Part shown: positions 30,852-41,530 of the stretch, piece by piece
How positions within the stretch are numbered: position 1 is the first letter of the stretch
How the letters are laid out: every line of letters begins with the position of its first letter
From: an uncultured Candidatus Rokubacteria bacterium
Lineage (GTDB): Bacteria > Methylomirabilota > Methylomirabilia > Rokubacteriales > DASRDR01
Assembly (NCBI GenBank): GCA_963826115.1
Contig: CAWGVS010000007.1
Span: 128,001-192,000, forward strand
Reading direction: 5' to 3'
Length of the DNA stretch: 64,000 bases
Notes under the pieces: generated by a model
Databases searched by the model: none
The model's input: only the letters and a program-made list of their open reading frames with translations
What the model was told of the DNA's origin: nothing
Position numbers and translations under genes: made by a program

Positions 30852-31991
30852 TCACCTGCCTCTCGACTGCGTGAGGAGCTGGACGAACCGGCCGAACAGG
30901 TAGTGCGAGTCGTGCGGCCCCGGGGCCGCCTCGGGATGGTACTGGACGGAGAAGACGGGAAGCGTCCGGTGGCGCAGACCCTCGCACGTGCCGTCGTTCA
31001 GGTTCGTGTGGGTGACCTCGAAGCCGGCCGCCGCGGCCGACTCCGGGTCCACCGCGAACCCATGGTTCTGGGAGGTGATCTCCACCCGGCCCGTCGCGCC
31101 GTCCTTCACCGGGTGGTTCGCGCCATGGTGCCCGAAGGGCAGCTTGTAGGTCCGCGCCCCGAGCGCGAGCGCCACGATCTGCTGGCCAAGACAGATCCCG
31201 AACGTCGGCAGTCCCCGCGCGGTCAACCGCCGCACCGACTCGCTGAGGTAGGGCACGCCCTCGGGGTCGCCGGGGCCATTGGCGAGGAAGAGCCCGTCGG
31301 GCGCGAGCGCGAGCACCTCGTCCGCCGACGCGAAGGCCGGCACGACGGTCACGCGGCAGCCCGCGGCCGTCAGCTGCCGGAGGATGTTCCGCTTGATCCC
31401 CGAGTCGTACGCGACCACGTGGAAGCGCGCGGGCGGCGCCGGCGCGTAGCCCTGCCCGAGGCGCCACTCCGCCTCGCGCCACTCGTAGGGCGCCGGGCAC
31501 GTGACCTCCTTCACCAGGTCCCGCCCGACGAGCCCGGGCGAGGCCTTGGCCCGGGCGACGACGGCCCGCGCGTCGACGTCGCCCGTCGCGATCACGCCGT
31601 CCTGCGCCCCGCGGTCGCGGACGTGGCGGGTGAGCGCGCGGGTGTCGATCCCCTGGATCCCCACGATCCCGTGCGCCCGGAGGTACTCGTCGAGGGTCGC
31701 CGTCGCCCGCCAGGACGCCGCCACCGGCGACGCCTCGCGGACCACGAAGCCCTCCGCCCACGGGCGGCGCGACTCCGGATCCTCGTCGTTGACGCCCGTG
31801 TTGCCGATGTGGGGGTAGGTCATGCAGACGATCTGGCCCTTGTACGACGGGTCCGTCAGGATCTCCTGGTAGCCGCTCATGGCGGTGTTGAACACGACCT
31901 CGCCCACCGCCTCGCCGCGGGCGCCGAGGGGCTCCCCCTCGAAGACCCGGCCGTCGGCCAGCGCCAGGATCGCGCGCGCTCGCCCCGTCAC
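30852..31991 (-). CDS. carA: Carbamoyl-phosphate synthase small subunit
   Basis: GEVVFNT, TDPSY, NGPGDP, GICLG, QNHGF, QYHPE. Start GTG 31991; the 1342-aa track ORF is over-extended. Confidence 0.98.
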   Translation of the reverse strand: MTGRARAILALADGRVFEGEPLGARGEAVGEVVFNTAMSGYQEILTDPSYKGQIVCMTYPHIGNTGVNDEDPESRRPWAEGFVVREASPVAASWRATATLDEYLRAHGIVGIQGIDTRALTRHVRDRGAQDGVIATGDVDARAVVARAKASPGLVGRDLVKEVTCPAPYEWREAEWRLGQGYAPAPPARFHVVAYDSGIKRNILRQLTAAGCRVTVVPAFASADEVLALAPDGLFLANGPGDPEGVPYLSESVRRLTARGLPTFGICLGQQIVALALGARTYKLPFGHHGANHPVKDGATGRVEITSQNHGFAVDPESAAAAGFEVTHTNLNDGTCEGLRHRTLPVFSVQYHPEAAPGPHDSHYLFGRFVQLLTQSRGR

Positions 31992-33292
31992 CGTCCGCCC
32001 TCGCCGCTCACCACGCCGTCCTTCATCACCACGCGTCCGCCCACGACGGTGAGCCAGGGCGCGCCGACGCAGGCGTGGCCGCCGAAGGGCGTGTTCCGCG
32101 CCTTCGAGCGGAACCGCGCCGGCTCGATGACGTGCTCGCGCGCGAGGTCCAGGACCGTCACGTCTCCCGGCGCGCCCGCGGTCAGGCTTCCCCCCGGCAA
32201 CCCGAGCACGCGCGCCGGCCCCGCGGTGAGCCGCGCGACGAGCGTCGGGAGGTCGAGCACCCGCTCGCGCACCAGGTGCGTGAGGCAGAGCGCGACCGCC
32301 GTCTCGAGCCCCACGATACCGTTGGCGGCGTGGTCGAGCTCGACCTCCTTGTCGGTGAGGGCGTGGGGCGCGTGATCGGTCGCGATCGCGTCGAGGGTGC
32401 CGTCGGCGAGCGCCTCGCGGCACGCCTCCACGTCGCGCTTGGAGCGGAGCGGCGGTGCCATCTTCGCGTTGGCGTCGTACTGGCGGAGCGCCTCGTCGGT
32501 CAGGAGAAGGTGATGCGGCGTCACCTCGCCGGTCACCGGGACGCCGCGGCTCTTCGCCTCGCGCAGGAGCCGAACCGCGGCCGCCGTGGACACGTGCGCG
32601 ATGTGGACGGGGGTCCCGGTCAGCTCGGCGAGGGCGACGTCGCGGGCGACCATGATCTCCTCGGCCGCCGCCGGAATCCCGCGGAGCCCGAGGTCCGTCG
32701 ACACGAAGCCTTCGTGCATCACGCCGCCCTCGCTGAGCGCCGCGTCCTCGGCGTGCGAGATGATCGGCCGGCCGAACGCCTGGGCGTACTCGAGCGCGCG
32801 GCGGAGGAGCGCCGAGTTCATGATCGGCTTCCCGTCGTCGGAGTAGGCGACGCAGCCCGCCTCGGCGAGCTCGCCGAGCTCCGCCATCTCGCGCCCGGCG
32901 AGGCCGCGGGTCACCGCGCCGATCGGATACACGCGTACGACGCCCCGGGCGCGCGCCTCGGCCAGGATGTAGTCCGTCACCGCGCGGGTGTCGTTGACGG
33001 GCTGCGTGTTGGCCATGCACGCCACCGCGGCGAACCCGCCCGCCGCCGCCGCGCGCGTGCCGGTCGCGATCGTCTCCTTGTACTCCTGGCCCGGCTCCCG
33101 GAGGTGGACGTGGATGTCGATGAACCCGGGCGCGATCACGCGACCGCCGGCGTCGATCGTCTCCGTCCCCGCCGGCGCCTCGAGCTTCGGCCCGACGCGG
33201 GCCACGCGGCCCGCTTGAACCAGCACGTCGCCGGGCGCGTCCAGGCCGTTGGCGGGATCGACGACGCGGCCGTTCCGGATCAGAAGGTCCAT
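31988..33292 (-). CDS. pyrC: Dihydroorotase (type I, long)
   Basis: [26 protein letters not shown]. Confidence 0.96.
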   Translation of the reverse strand: MDLLIRNGRVVDPANGLDAPGDVLVQAGRVARVGPKLEAPAGTETIDAGGRVIAPGFIDIHVHLREPGQEYKETIATGTRAAAAGGFAAVACMANTQPVNDTRAVTDYILAEARARGVVRVYPIGAVTRGLAGREMAELGELAEAGCVAYSDDGKPIMNSALLRRALEYAQAFGRPIISHAEDAALSEGGVMHEGFVSTDLGLRGIPAAAEEIMVARDVALAELTGTPVHIAHVSTAAAVRLLREAKSRGVPVTGEVTPHHLLLTDEALRQYDANAKMAPPLRSKRDVEACREALADGTLDAIATDHAPHALTDKEVELDHAANGIVGLETAVALCLTHLVRERVLDLPTLVARLTAGPARVLGLPGGSLTAGAPGDVTVLDLAREHVIEPARFRSKARNTPFGGHACVGAPWLTVVGGRVVMKDGVVSGEGGR

Positions 33293-33295
33293 CGC

Positions 33296-34228
33296 TCAGG
33301 CCTCCCCGCCCTTGGCGCCGATCAGGAGGTAGAGGACCGCCATCCGCACCGCGACCCCGTTGGCCACCTGCTCGAGGATCACCGAGTACGGCCCGTCGGC
33401 CACCTCCGGCGCCATCTCGACGCCGCGGTTCACGGGCCCGGGGTGCATGATCAGCACGTCGTCGCGCGCGCCGCGCAGCTTCTCCAGCGAGAGCCCGTAG
33501 AGGCGCGAGTACTCGCGGAGGGACGGGATGTAGTTCGCGGCCATGCGTTCGTGCTGGAGCCGCAGCATCATGATCACGTCGACGTCCCGCACCGCGTCCT
33601 CGAGCCGTCGCGCGACCTTCACGCCCAGCTCCTCGACCCCGGGCGGGATCAGGGTCGGCGGCCCCGCCACCGTCACGCTCATCCCCATGGTCCGCATGGC
33701 GGCGATGTTGGAGCGGGCGACGCGGCTGTGCGCGATGTCGCCCACGATGGCGACCGAGAGGCCGTCGAGGTGCCCGCGCTTCTCCCGGATCGTCAGGAGG
33801 TCGAGCAGCGCCTGGGTGGGGTGCTCGTGCATGCCGTCGCCGGCGTTCACGATCGAGCACCGGAGGGCCCGCGCCAGCATGTGGGCGGCGCCGGACGCCG
33901 CGTGACGGATCACCACGCAGTCCGGGCTCATCGCCTGGATGTTCAGCGCGGTGTCGACCAGCGTCTCCCCCTTCACGACGCTCGAGGACGAGCCCGAGAC
34001 GTTGATGACGTCGGCCGAGAGCCACTTGCCGGCGATCTCGAACGAGGTCCGGGTCCGCGTCGACGGCTCGAGGAAGAGGTTCACGACCGTCTTCCCGCGG
34101 AGCGCGGGGACCTTCTTGATCTCCCGCGACGCGATCTCCTTCATGGAGACGGCGGTGTCGAGGATCGTCTGGATCTCGGCGGGCTCGAGGCCCCGGATCT
34201 CCAGCAGGTCCTTCCGTGTGAACCCCAT
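33296..34228 (-). CDS. pyrB: Aspartate carbamoyltransferase catalytic subunit
   Basis: [20 protein letters not shown]. Confidence 0.98.
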   Translation of the reverse strand: MGFTRKDLLEIRGLEPAEIQTILDTAVSMKEIASREIKKVPALRGKTVVNLFLEPSTRTRTSFEIAGKWLSADVINVSGSSSSVVKGETLVDTALNIQAMSPDCVVIRHAASGAAHMLARALRCSIVNAGDGMHEHPTQALLDLLTIREKRGHLDGLSVAIVGDIAHSRVARSNIAAMRTMGMSVTVAGPPTLIPPGVEELGVKVARRLEDAVRDVDVIMMLRLQHERMAANYIPSLREYSRLYGLSLEKLRGARDDVLIMHPGPVNRGVEMAPEVADGPYSVILEQVANGVAVRMAVLYLLIGAKGGEA

Positions 34229-34237
34229 CGTGCCCTC

Positions 34238-34975
<738 letters not shown>

Positions 34976-35935
34976 TTACCGTTCGCTCGGACTGTACGTC
35001 GGGCCTCCCGCCCTGTCAAGCGGCGGGCCCTCCGCGCGCGGCTCGGTGGACCACGGCGGGAACGCGAGGTACCGGCACTGGGCGGGAAATCGCCGCACGT
35101 ATGCCTCGACCAGTGGCGCCAGCACCGCCTGGCACCGGGCTGCGTCGCGCGCGGGGTCGGGGTCCGGCTCCGGAAGCGGGGGGTGCACGACGATCACGTG
35201 CCGTTTGCCGTCGCGATGCGCGAGAACCGGGAGTGTCGGCGCCCGGCTCATCCGGCGGAGCGCGAGCCAGCCGCCGCGCACGACGAGGTCGCCGCCCGGG
35301 AGCGCGATCCGGAACGCCTCGCGGCCGAACGGCCCATCGGCCGAGAGAGAAACCAGCGCGCCGCCCCGCAGGAGCTCCAGCACTTGGTAGAGGCCAACCA
35401 GCCGGGCACGAGCCGATCCGCCTGGCAGGCGGACGGCCTCGCCGGCGGCGAGCGCCTCCGCCCAGCGCGGGTCGCGGGTGGACGCCTCGAGCCGGCCGGC
35501 GAGCCGGACCGGGTAGCCCAGGGCCCGTAGGCGGAACCAGGTCCGAGGCGAGCCTAGGTGGAACCCGAGGAGGATCACGCCCCCGCCGGCCCCGGCGAGG
35601 TGCTCGGCTCCCTCGAGGACAACGCCGCGGCGAATGGCCGCCGTCGTCGACTCACCCAGGAACGCCTCCTCAGCGCAGAAACGTCCGTGGGTCGCGAGGG
35701 TCGCGAGGGCGAGACGCCAGGGGGGACCGGCCCGCCCAGGCTGGGCCGCCGCCCACACCGTGGCCTGGCGGAACCGCGTGGGATGGACCAGTCCGTCGGC
35801 CATGGCCATGACCGCCAAGACCACCTCGCCGACCGGACGCGGGAGCGGACGGAGCAGTCGCACGAGCCTCCCGAGGCGGTGGGAGGTGTGGAACATCCCA
35901 GGCACGACGTGCCCGGGCAATTCCGGCGCGCTCAC
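34976..35935 (-). CDS. LpxL/HtrB-like lysophospholipid acyltransferase family protein
   Basis: LEGAEHL, GVILLGFHLG, LRGGALVSLSADG, LEAYVRRFPAQ-like C-terminal segment (VEAYVRRFPAQ). Start GTG 35935, coupled to the ACP stop. Confidence 0.72.
   Translation of the reverse strand: MSAPELPGHVVPGMFHTSHRLGRLVRLLRPLPRPVGEVVLAVMAMADGLVHPTRFRQATVWAAAQPGRAGPPWRLALATLATHGRFCAEEAFLGESTTAAIRRGVVLEGAEHLAGAGGGVILLGFHLGSPRTWFRLRALGYPVRLAGRLEASTRDPRWAEALAAGEAVRLPGGSARARLVGLYQVLELLRGGALVSLSADGPFGREAFRIALPGGDLVVRGGWLALRRMSRAPTLPVLAHRDGKRHVIVVHPPLPEPDPDPARDAARCQAVLAPLVEAYVRRFPAQCRYLAFPPWSTEPRAEGPPLDRAGGPTYSPSER
34991..35019 (-). promoter_or_regulatory. sigma70-like promoter of the pyr operon
   Basis: TTGACA(35019-35014)-N17-TACAGT(34996-34991). 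Confidence 0.8.
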
Positions 35936-36201
35936 GGACCGCCGCGCTTCGAGCGGACCAGCTCGGTGAGCGTCCCGAGGGTCTCCAGGGCCTCGCGCGT
36001 GAGGTCGCGGGTCGCGTCGAATACGATTTCGAACTCGGTCTCGCACGCCACGATCACCTCGAGCAGCTCCACCGAGTCGAGCCAGAAGCCCGCCTCCGAG
36101 AGCGGCGTGGCCGAGCCCGCGGGATGAGGGGTCCGCGCCGGACCCGCCACCCGCTCGACGAGCGCCCGCGTCGCCTCGAGCACCGGGTCGGTCGCGCTCA
36201 C
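35932..36201 (-). CDS. Acyl carrier protein
   Basis: 89 aa with LDSVELLEVIVACETEFEI (phosphopantetheine Ser motif). GTG 36201 coupled to the upstream stop. Confidence 0.88.
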   Translation of the reverse strand: MSATDPVLEATRALVERVAGPARTPHPAGSATPLSEAGFWLDSVELLEVIVACETEFEIVFDATRDLTREALETLGTLTELVRSKRGGP

Positions 36202-37616
36202 CGAGCGGGCGCCCGCGCGAGGAGGCTGACGCACGCGAGACGGTCGGGCTTGCCGTTCGGCAGACGAGGCAGCGACGGGACGACCTCGAGCGCGCGGGGC
36301 CACGACCAGGGCGGGAGCTTGTCGGCCAGCCCGGTTCGCAGGGCCGCGACGGCCACCCCGGGCTCGCACTCGATGACCGCGCCGAACGAGCGGCCGGCCG
36401 GGCCGTCCAGCGGGACCACGACCGCCCCGGTGACCCCCGTCATCTCGCCGAGGGTCGCGGCGACGGCGGCGAGGTTCACGAGCCGACCCTCGCGCGTGCG
36501 GATGCAGTCGTCCAGGCGTCCGGCCAGGACGAGGCGGCCGTCCTCCCGGAGGGCGCCAACGTCCCGGGTCGGCCACCACCCCTCCACCTGGACTGGACGC
36601 TCCACGGCCGGGGGGAACCCGTAGCCCGCCATGAGCCACGGCGTCCGGACCCAGATGCGGCCCGGCTCGCCCGGGGCCGCCCGGGCAGCGGGATCGTCCC
36701 CGATGCGCACCGCCACGCCGGACAGCGGCCGCCCGACTGTTTCCGGCCGGACCTCGGCGGCCGGACCGTCGTCGGAGGCGATGAACGCCGTCTCCGTGGA
36801 CGAGTACGACTGGCGCAGCGGCACGCCGAACCGGGCGAGAAAGGCATCGCACACGGCACTCGGGACCAGGCTCGACACCAGGCAGAGGCGCGGCGCAACC
36901 GGGGGGCCGACGAGCGCGCAGCGCCCAAGCGCGTCGGCGAAGTGCAGCGATGCCCGCCAGCACGCGAACGCGGGCGAGGCGAGCGCGGCGAGCGCGGCGC
37001 GGTGATCGAGGGGATCGAGCAGGCCGAGCGCGCCGCCGAGCACCATCGACACGAGGAGGTAGTTGAGCCCCTGGGCCGAGGCGAGCGACGCGCCGATCAG
37101 CACGCCCTCGCCCGATCTCAGCGCGGCGGCCCGCGCCCGCGCTCCCGCGAGGAGAGCGGCCGTGGGCCGGTAGACGGCCCTCGGCCCACCCGTGGAGCCC
37201 GAGGTGAAGAGGACCACTCCCGGCCCCGCCAAGGGCACGAACGGCGGGGCGTTCATCGCCGGGCCCTCACCTGGCTCGTGGAGCAGGAGGGGCGCGAGAC
37301 CCGCCTCCTGGGCCGCGGAGGCGAGATGCCGCAGAGCGGGCGGCAGGATCAAGGGCGTGCCGTCGGGCACGGCCGGCGCGGTCCGCCAGGCGCGGACATC
37401 GGGCGGCAGCACCACCAGCGGGCCAGGGAGCGCGCTGAGCCCGACGAACAGCGCGACACCCTCCGCCGACGCCGGCAGCGCCGTCGCCACCAGCCCGCCC
37501 TGCTCCCCGAGCCGGCCGAGGACCTCTCCGCGCCACCGCCGCGCGAGCGCGTCCAGCTCGTCCGCCGACCACCAGCGACCGAGCGTGAACACGCGGGGCA
37601 TCGTCAGCGGCGACAT
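36198..37616 (-). CDS. ANL-family adenylate-forming enzyme (acyl-CoA/acyl-ACP ligase-like)
   Basis: LFTSGSTGGPR P-loop, YSSTE, TRDVG, GRLDD, LPRLPNGKPDR. Confidence 0.9.
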   Translation of the reverse strand: MSPLTMPRVFTLGRWWSADELDALARRWRGEVLGRLGEQGGLVATALPASAEGVALFVGLSALPGPLVVLPPDVRAWRTAPAVPDGTPLILPPALRHLASAAQEAGLAPLLLHEPGEGPAMNAPPFVPLAGPGVVLFTSGSTGGPRAVYRPTAALLAGARARAAALRSGEGVLIGASLASAQGLNYLLVSMVLGGALGLLDPLDHRAALAALASPAFACWRASLHFADALGRCALVGPPVAPRLCLVSSLVPSAVCDAFLARFGVPLRQSYSSTETAFIASDDGPAAEVRPETVGRPLSGVAVRIGDDPAARAAPGEPGRIWVRTPWLMAGYGFPPAVERPVQVEGWWPTRDVGALREDGRLVLAGRLDDCIRTREGRLVNLAAVAATLGEMTGVTGAVVVPLDGPAGRSFGAVIECEPGVAVAALRTGLADKLPPWSWPRALEVVPSLPRLPNGKPDRLACVSLLARAPAR

Positions 37617-37622
37617 GGGCGG

Positions 37623-37651
37623 ACTCTAAGGACGACGGGCGTTCGGGTCAA
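37623..37651 (-). promoter_or_regulatory. sigma70-like leaderless promoter of the adenylation/ACP/acyltransferase cassette
   Basis: TTGACC(37651-37646)-N17-TAGAGT(37628-37623)-N6-ATG. Confidence 0.7.
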
Positions 37652-38895
37652 GGCGCCGGCGCGTCCGCGCGTGGACCGCCGGTCACCCGGCCGCCCTTGA
37701 CGACCAGGAAGCGCGCCGGCAGCCCTCCGACTGCCTCGGCGAGCGTGGTCGCGTCGAGGACCACCAGGTCGGCCGGGGCGCCGACGGCGAGTCCGCGGGC
37801 GTCCCGGCCGAGGATCCGGGCCGGCTCGGTCGTCACCATGTCGAGCGCCGCCGCCATGTCGGCCGCGCCGCCCATGTGCGCGCCGACGACGAGGAGGTAC
37901 GTCAGGAGCAGGGGGTCGGCGTTGCCCGCGGGCGTGAAGGCGTTCTGGACGTTGTTCGTGGCGGCCGCCACGGTCACCCCGGCGGCGAGGAGCCGCTTGA
38001 TCGGCGTGAGCCCCCGGCGAACGTTCCGCGCGTCTCCGCGCCCCATGAGATAGAGGTCGGTCGCGGGCAATGTGATCACGGCGACCCCGGCCGCGTGGAG
38101 CCGGCGCGCGACCCGCGCCTGCTCGACGGCATCGCACGCCCCGAGCTCGGTGAGGTGGCCGACCGCGACGCGACCCTGCCAGCCGTGCCGCTCCGTCCGG
38201 TCCACGATGGCCTCCACGTGACGGTGCACCGGCTCGTCGGCGAAGTCGGCGTGGAAGTCGGCGGCGCAGTCGAACTCCCGCGCGAGGGCGAACACCCGGT
38301 CCACGTGCTCGGTGCCGTCCGTGTCGTTGTAGGGGCACCCACCGACCAGGTCGATACCGGCCCGGAGCGCCGCGCGCAGGAGGGGCTCGGTGCCCGGCGC
38401 CCGGAGGATCCCCTCCTGGGCGAAGGCGCAGAGCTGGAGGTCCAGGCGGTCTGCGTACTCGGCGCGGAGCGGCAGCACCGCCTCGACGCCGCGGAGGCCG
38501 ACGATCGGATCGACCTCGACGTGGCCGCGCATCGCCGTCGTGCCCAGCGCCACCGCGTGGTCGAGCAGGCGCCGGGCCCGCGTCCGGATGTCGTCGACGG
38601 TGAAGGCGCGCTTGGCCTCGGCGGTGACGCGGATCGCCTCCGCCAGGGTGCCCTCGCGGCTCGGCGTGCGCGAGAGGAGGTACGCCTTGTCCAGGTGGAC
38701 GTGGGCGTCCACGAAGCCGGGCACGACGAGCCGCCCCGCGGCGTCGATCCGCTGGCGCGCCGGTGTCCCGGCAAGGTCGCCGAGCGCCGCGATCCGCCCG
38801 CCGCGGACACCGACGTCGGCGAGCTCGCCGGCCGGCGCCGGCCGGCCCGCCGCCACGACGAGGTCGAAGGGCTCTCCGGAGTCCACCGGGCTCAC
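37648..38895 (-). CDS. Amidohydrolase, cytosine deaminase-like
   Basis: DAHVHLDK, GTTAMRGH, AFAQEG, FHAD, GH, NAFTPAG. Confidence 0.9.
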   Translation of the reverse strand: MSPVDSGEPFDLVVAAGRPAPAGELADVGVRGGRIAALGDLAGTPARQRIDAAGRLVVPGFVDAHVHLDKAYLLSRTPSREGTLAEAIRVTAEAKRAFTVDDIRTRARRLLDHAVALGTTAMRGHVEVDPIVGLRGVEAVLPLRAEYADRLDLQLCAFAQEGILRAPGTEPLLRAALRAGIDLVGGCPYNDTDGTEHVDRVFALAREFDCAADFHADFADEPVHRHVEAIVDRTERHGWQGRVAVGHLTELGACDAVEQARVARRLHAAGVAVITLPATDLYLMGRGDARNVRRGLTPIKRLLAAGVTVAAATNNVQNAFTPAGNADPLLLTYLLVVGAHMGGAADMAAALDMVTTEPARILGRDARGLAVGAPADLVVLDATTLAEAVGGLPARFLVVKGGRVTGGPRADAPAP

Positions 38896-38951
38896 TGGCT
38901 GAGGATACGCGACCCCGCGCGCGGTGCCGAGCCACGCGCCACCCGGACACC

Positions 38952-38980
38952 TTGACGGGGCGATCTCCGGCGTCTAGCGT
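38952..38980 (+). promoter_or_regulatory. sigma70-like promoter
   Basis: TTGACG(38952-38957)-N17-TAGCGT(38975-38980). Confidence 0.65.
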
Positions 38981-38998
38981 ACCGGCCACGAGCTAGCC

Positions 38999-41518
38999 AT
39001 GGACGCGGTCGTCTCGACGCTCCGCACCGTGTCGCTCTTCGCCGACCTCCCGCGCGAGGTGCTGGCCCGCCTCGTGAGCGAGTTCGACGAGCTGGACGTC
39101 GCCGCCGGCGAGACGGTGTTCTCGCAGGGCGACCCCGGGGACGCGCTCTACGTCATCGTGAGCGGGGCCGTCGAGGTGCGCGGCGAGCGCGACGGCCGGA
39201 GCGAGCGCGTCGCCGTCCTCGGTCCCGGGGACTGTCTCGGCGAGATGGCGCTCGTCACGGGCGACCCGCGCTCGGCCTCGGTCGTGACGCTGTCGGCGAC
39301 GCGGCTCCTCCGGCTCGACAAGGAGCGGTTCCGCGTCCTGTCGGACCGGCAGCCCGTCTTCCTCCGGGAGCTCGCGCGCGTGCTGTGCCGCCGCATCGCG
39401 CGGACGTCGGCGGACGTCGCCCACGCGCGCCGCGCCTACACGACCGTCTTCGACACGATCCTGGCCGGTGCCGAGCCCCCGGCCCGGCGCCTCCTCGACG
39501 TCCTGGCGGTGGCCAAGCGGGCCGACGCGGGGGTCCTGATCGCCACTCTCGGGGACGCCGGCCCAAGCATCGCGGCCGAGGTCGCCGCCCACCATCCTGC
39601 CCTGGTCTTCCGGGACGAGCGCGGGCGCTACGAGCTCCACCCCGAGTTCCGCGACCACGTCCGGCGGCGGCTCGGCGACGCGAACGGCGCCGACGGCACC
39701 CAGGACCTCCACGTCGCCCTCGCGACCGCGCACGGCGGCGGGGGCGCGTGGGCCAAGGGCGCGCGGCACTGGCTGGCCGCGGGCCGCTGGGACGAGGCGG
39801 CGCACGCGATCCGCAAGGCGCTGGCGTCCGGCACCCCGCCGACGGACGCGGAGCTCGAGACCTGGCTCGACCGCCTCCCCGAGGACGTGCTTCTCCAGGC
39901 CGACCTCGGTCCCGCGAAGGCGAGCCTCCTCGTCCGGACCGGACGCTCGGACGTCGCGGGGGCGCTCCTCGAGCGCGCGTTCTCGGGACGGCGGCTGGAC
40001 GGCGACGCGCGCGACCGCCTGGTGCGGAGCCTGGGCACTCTCTACGCGCAGCGCGGTCGCCCTGGGGGCGGGGCGGGCGGCCCGGCCGGACCCGGCGCGC
40101 CGCGCGCCGCGGCGACGCGAAAGGGCGGCAGCGCCCGGTGGGCCATCGGCCTCGCGCTGGCGGTCGCGATCGGCGCCGTCGTGCTCTGGATCCCGCCGGC
40201 CGGGCTCGAGCCGCGCGCGGTCCGCTTCCTCGCGGTCCTTGCGGCGGGCACGGTGCTCTGGGCGTGGGGCAGCTTCCCCGACTACGTGGTCGCCCTCGGA
40301 ATGGGCATGGCGTGGGTGCTCCTCCGCGTGGCGCCCACCGCAACCGCGTTCGGAGGGTTCGCGACGAGCACGTGGTTCCTGATGCTGGGCGTCCTCGGAC
40401 TGGGGGCGGCCCTCGCCCGCTCGGGGCTGCTCTACCGGATCACGCTCGTCGCGGTGCGACGCTTCCCGCCCACGTTCGTCGGGCAGACGGGCGCCCTCCT
40501 CAGCGCCGGCATCGTGTCGACCATCCTCATCCCCTCGGCCCAGGCACGGGTGACCTTCATGGGACCGGTGGTCCTCGGCCTGGCGGACACGCTCAAGTAT
40601 CCGCCGCGAGGCCGGGGCAGCGCCGGGCTCGCAATGGCCGCCTTCACGGGCTTCAACCTGGCGACGACGCTCTTCCTCACCGGGACGACAACGTGCCTGC
40701 TCGCGTGGCGGGTCCTGCCCGAGGCGACGCGGGCTCAGGTGACCTGGCTCGCGTGGCTCCAGGCCGTCCTCGTGCTCGAGGCGGTCAGCCTGGGCGCCGC
40801 GCTCGCGTGGATCGCCTGGCGCTACCGGCCGGCGGGACCGACCCCGGTGCGGGCGACCCTGCTCCACGCCCAGCTCCAGATGCTCGGCCCGCCCTCGCGG
40901 GACGAGTGGATCACCGGGCTGGTCGCGCTCGCCGTCGTCGCCGGCTGGATCACGCAGCCGTGGCACGGGGTCGATCCGGCGTGGCTCACGCTCGGGGCGC
41001 TCTGCCTGCTCCTGGCCATGCAGGTCCTCGACCGGGCGGCGCTCCAGGGCCAGGTCGACTGGGCGTTCCTGCTCTTCATGGGGATCGCCTTCAGCCTGGC
41101 CGACCTCGCCGCCCACGTCGGCGCGGACGCCTGGTTCGCGTTGCGCGCCCGCGCCGCGCTTGGCGACATCACGACGCCGGCGGCGGCCGTGACCGCCGCG
41201 GTGCTGATCACCATCCTGGTGCGCTTCGCGCTCCCGTGGCAGACGGCGGTGCCGCTCCTGACCGTGGCCCTGACGCCGTTCGTGGAGGCGGCGGGCGTGA
41301 GCCCGCTCATCGTGGCGCTGGTGGCGCTCAAGGCCGGGAACGTGTTCCTCCTGCCCCAGCAGAGCCCCACCTACCTGACGCTCTACTACGGCACCGAGGA
41401 GCGGGCCTTCGGCCATCGCCAGGTGCGCCCGTTCGCGTGGCTGTACGCGGCGGCCGTCCTGGCCGGCTTCCTCCTGAGCCTCCCCTACTGGCGCGCGCTC
41501 GGACTGGTCACGGGCTGA
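38999..41518 (+). CDS. cNMP-binding domain + MalT-like helical region + SLC13/DASS-family permease fusion
   Basis: cNMP domain (FSQGDPGDALY, LGEMALVTGDPRSASV), middle segment YELHPEFRDH..HWLAAGRWDEAA..WLDRLP, DASS hallmarks (SGLLYRI, IPSAQAR, LFLTG, WITQPWHG, VDWAFL, PQQSP). Confidence 0.85.
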   Translation: MDAVVSTLRTVSLFADLPREVLARLVSEFDELDVAAGETVFSQGDPGDALYVIVSGAVEVRGERDGRSERVAVLGPGDCLGEMALVTGDPRSASVVTLSATRLLRLDKERFRVLSDRQPVFLRELARVLCRRIARTSADVAHARRAYTTVFDTILAGAEPPARRLLDVLAVAKRADAGVLIATLGDAGPSIAAEVAAHHPALVFRDERGRYELHPEFRDHVRRRLGDANGADGTQDLHVALATAHGGGGAWAKGARHWLAAGRWDEAAHAIRKALASGTPPTDAELETWLDRLPEDVLLQADLGPAKASLLVRTGRSDVAGALLERAFSGRRLDGDARDRLVRSLGTLYAQRGRPGGGAGGPAGPGAPRAAATRKGGSARWAIGLALAVAIGAVVLWIPPAGLEPRAVRFLAVLAAGTVLWAWGSFPDYVVALGMGMAWVLLRVAPTATAFGGFATSTWFLMLGVLGLGAALARSGLLYRITLVAVRRFPPTFVGQTGALLSAGIVSTILIPSAQARVTFMGPVVLGLADTLKYPPRGRGSAGLAMAAFTGFNLATTLFLTGTTTCLLAWRVLPEATRAQVTWLAWLQAVLVLEAVSLGAALAWIAWRYRPAGPTPVRATLLHAQLQMLGPPSRDEWITGLVALAVVAGWITQPWHGVDPAWLTLGALCLLLAMQVLDRAALQGQVDWAFLLFMGIAFSLADLAAHVGADAWFALRARAALGDITTPAAAVTAAVLITILVRFALPWQTAVPLLTVALTPFVEAAGVSPLIVALVALKAGNVFLLPQQSPTYLTLYYGTEERAFGHRQVRPFAWLYAAAVLAGFLLSLPYWRALGLVTG

Positions 41519-41530
41519 TCGCGCGTCCGC

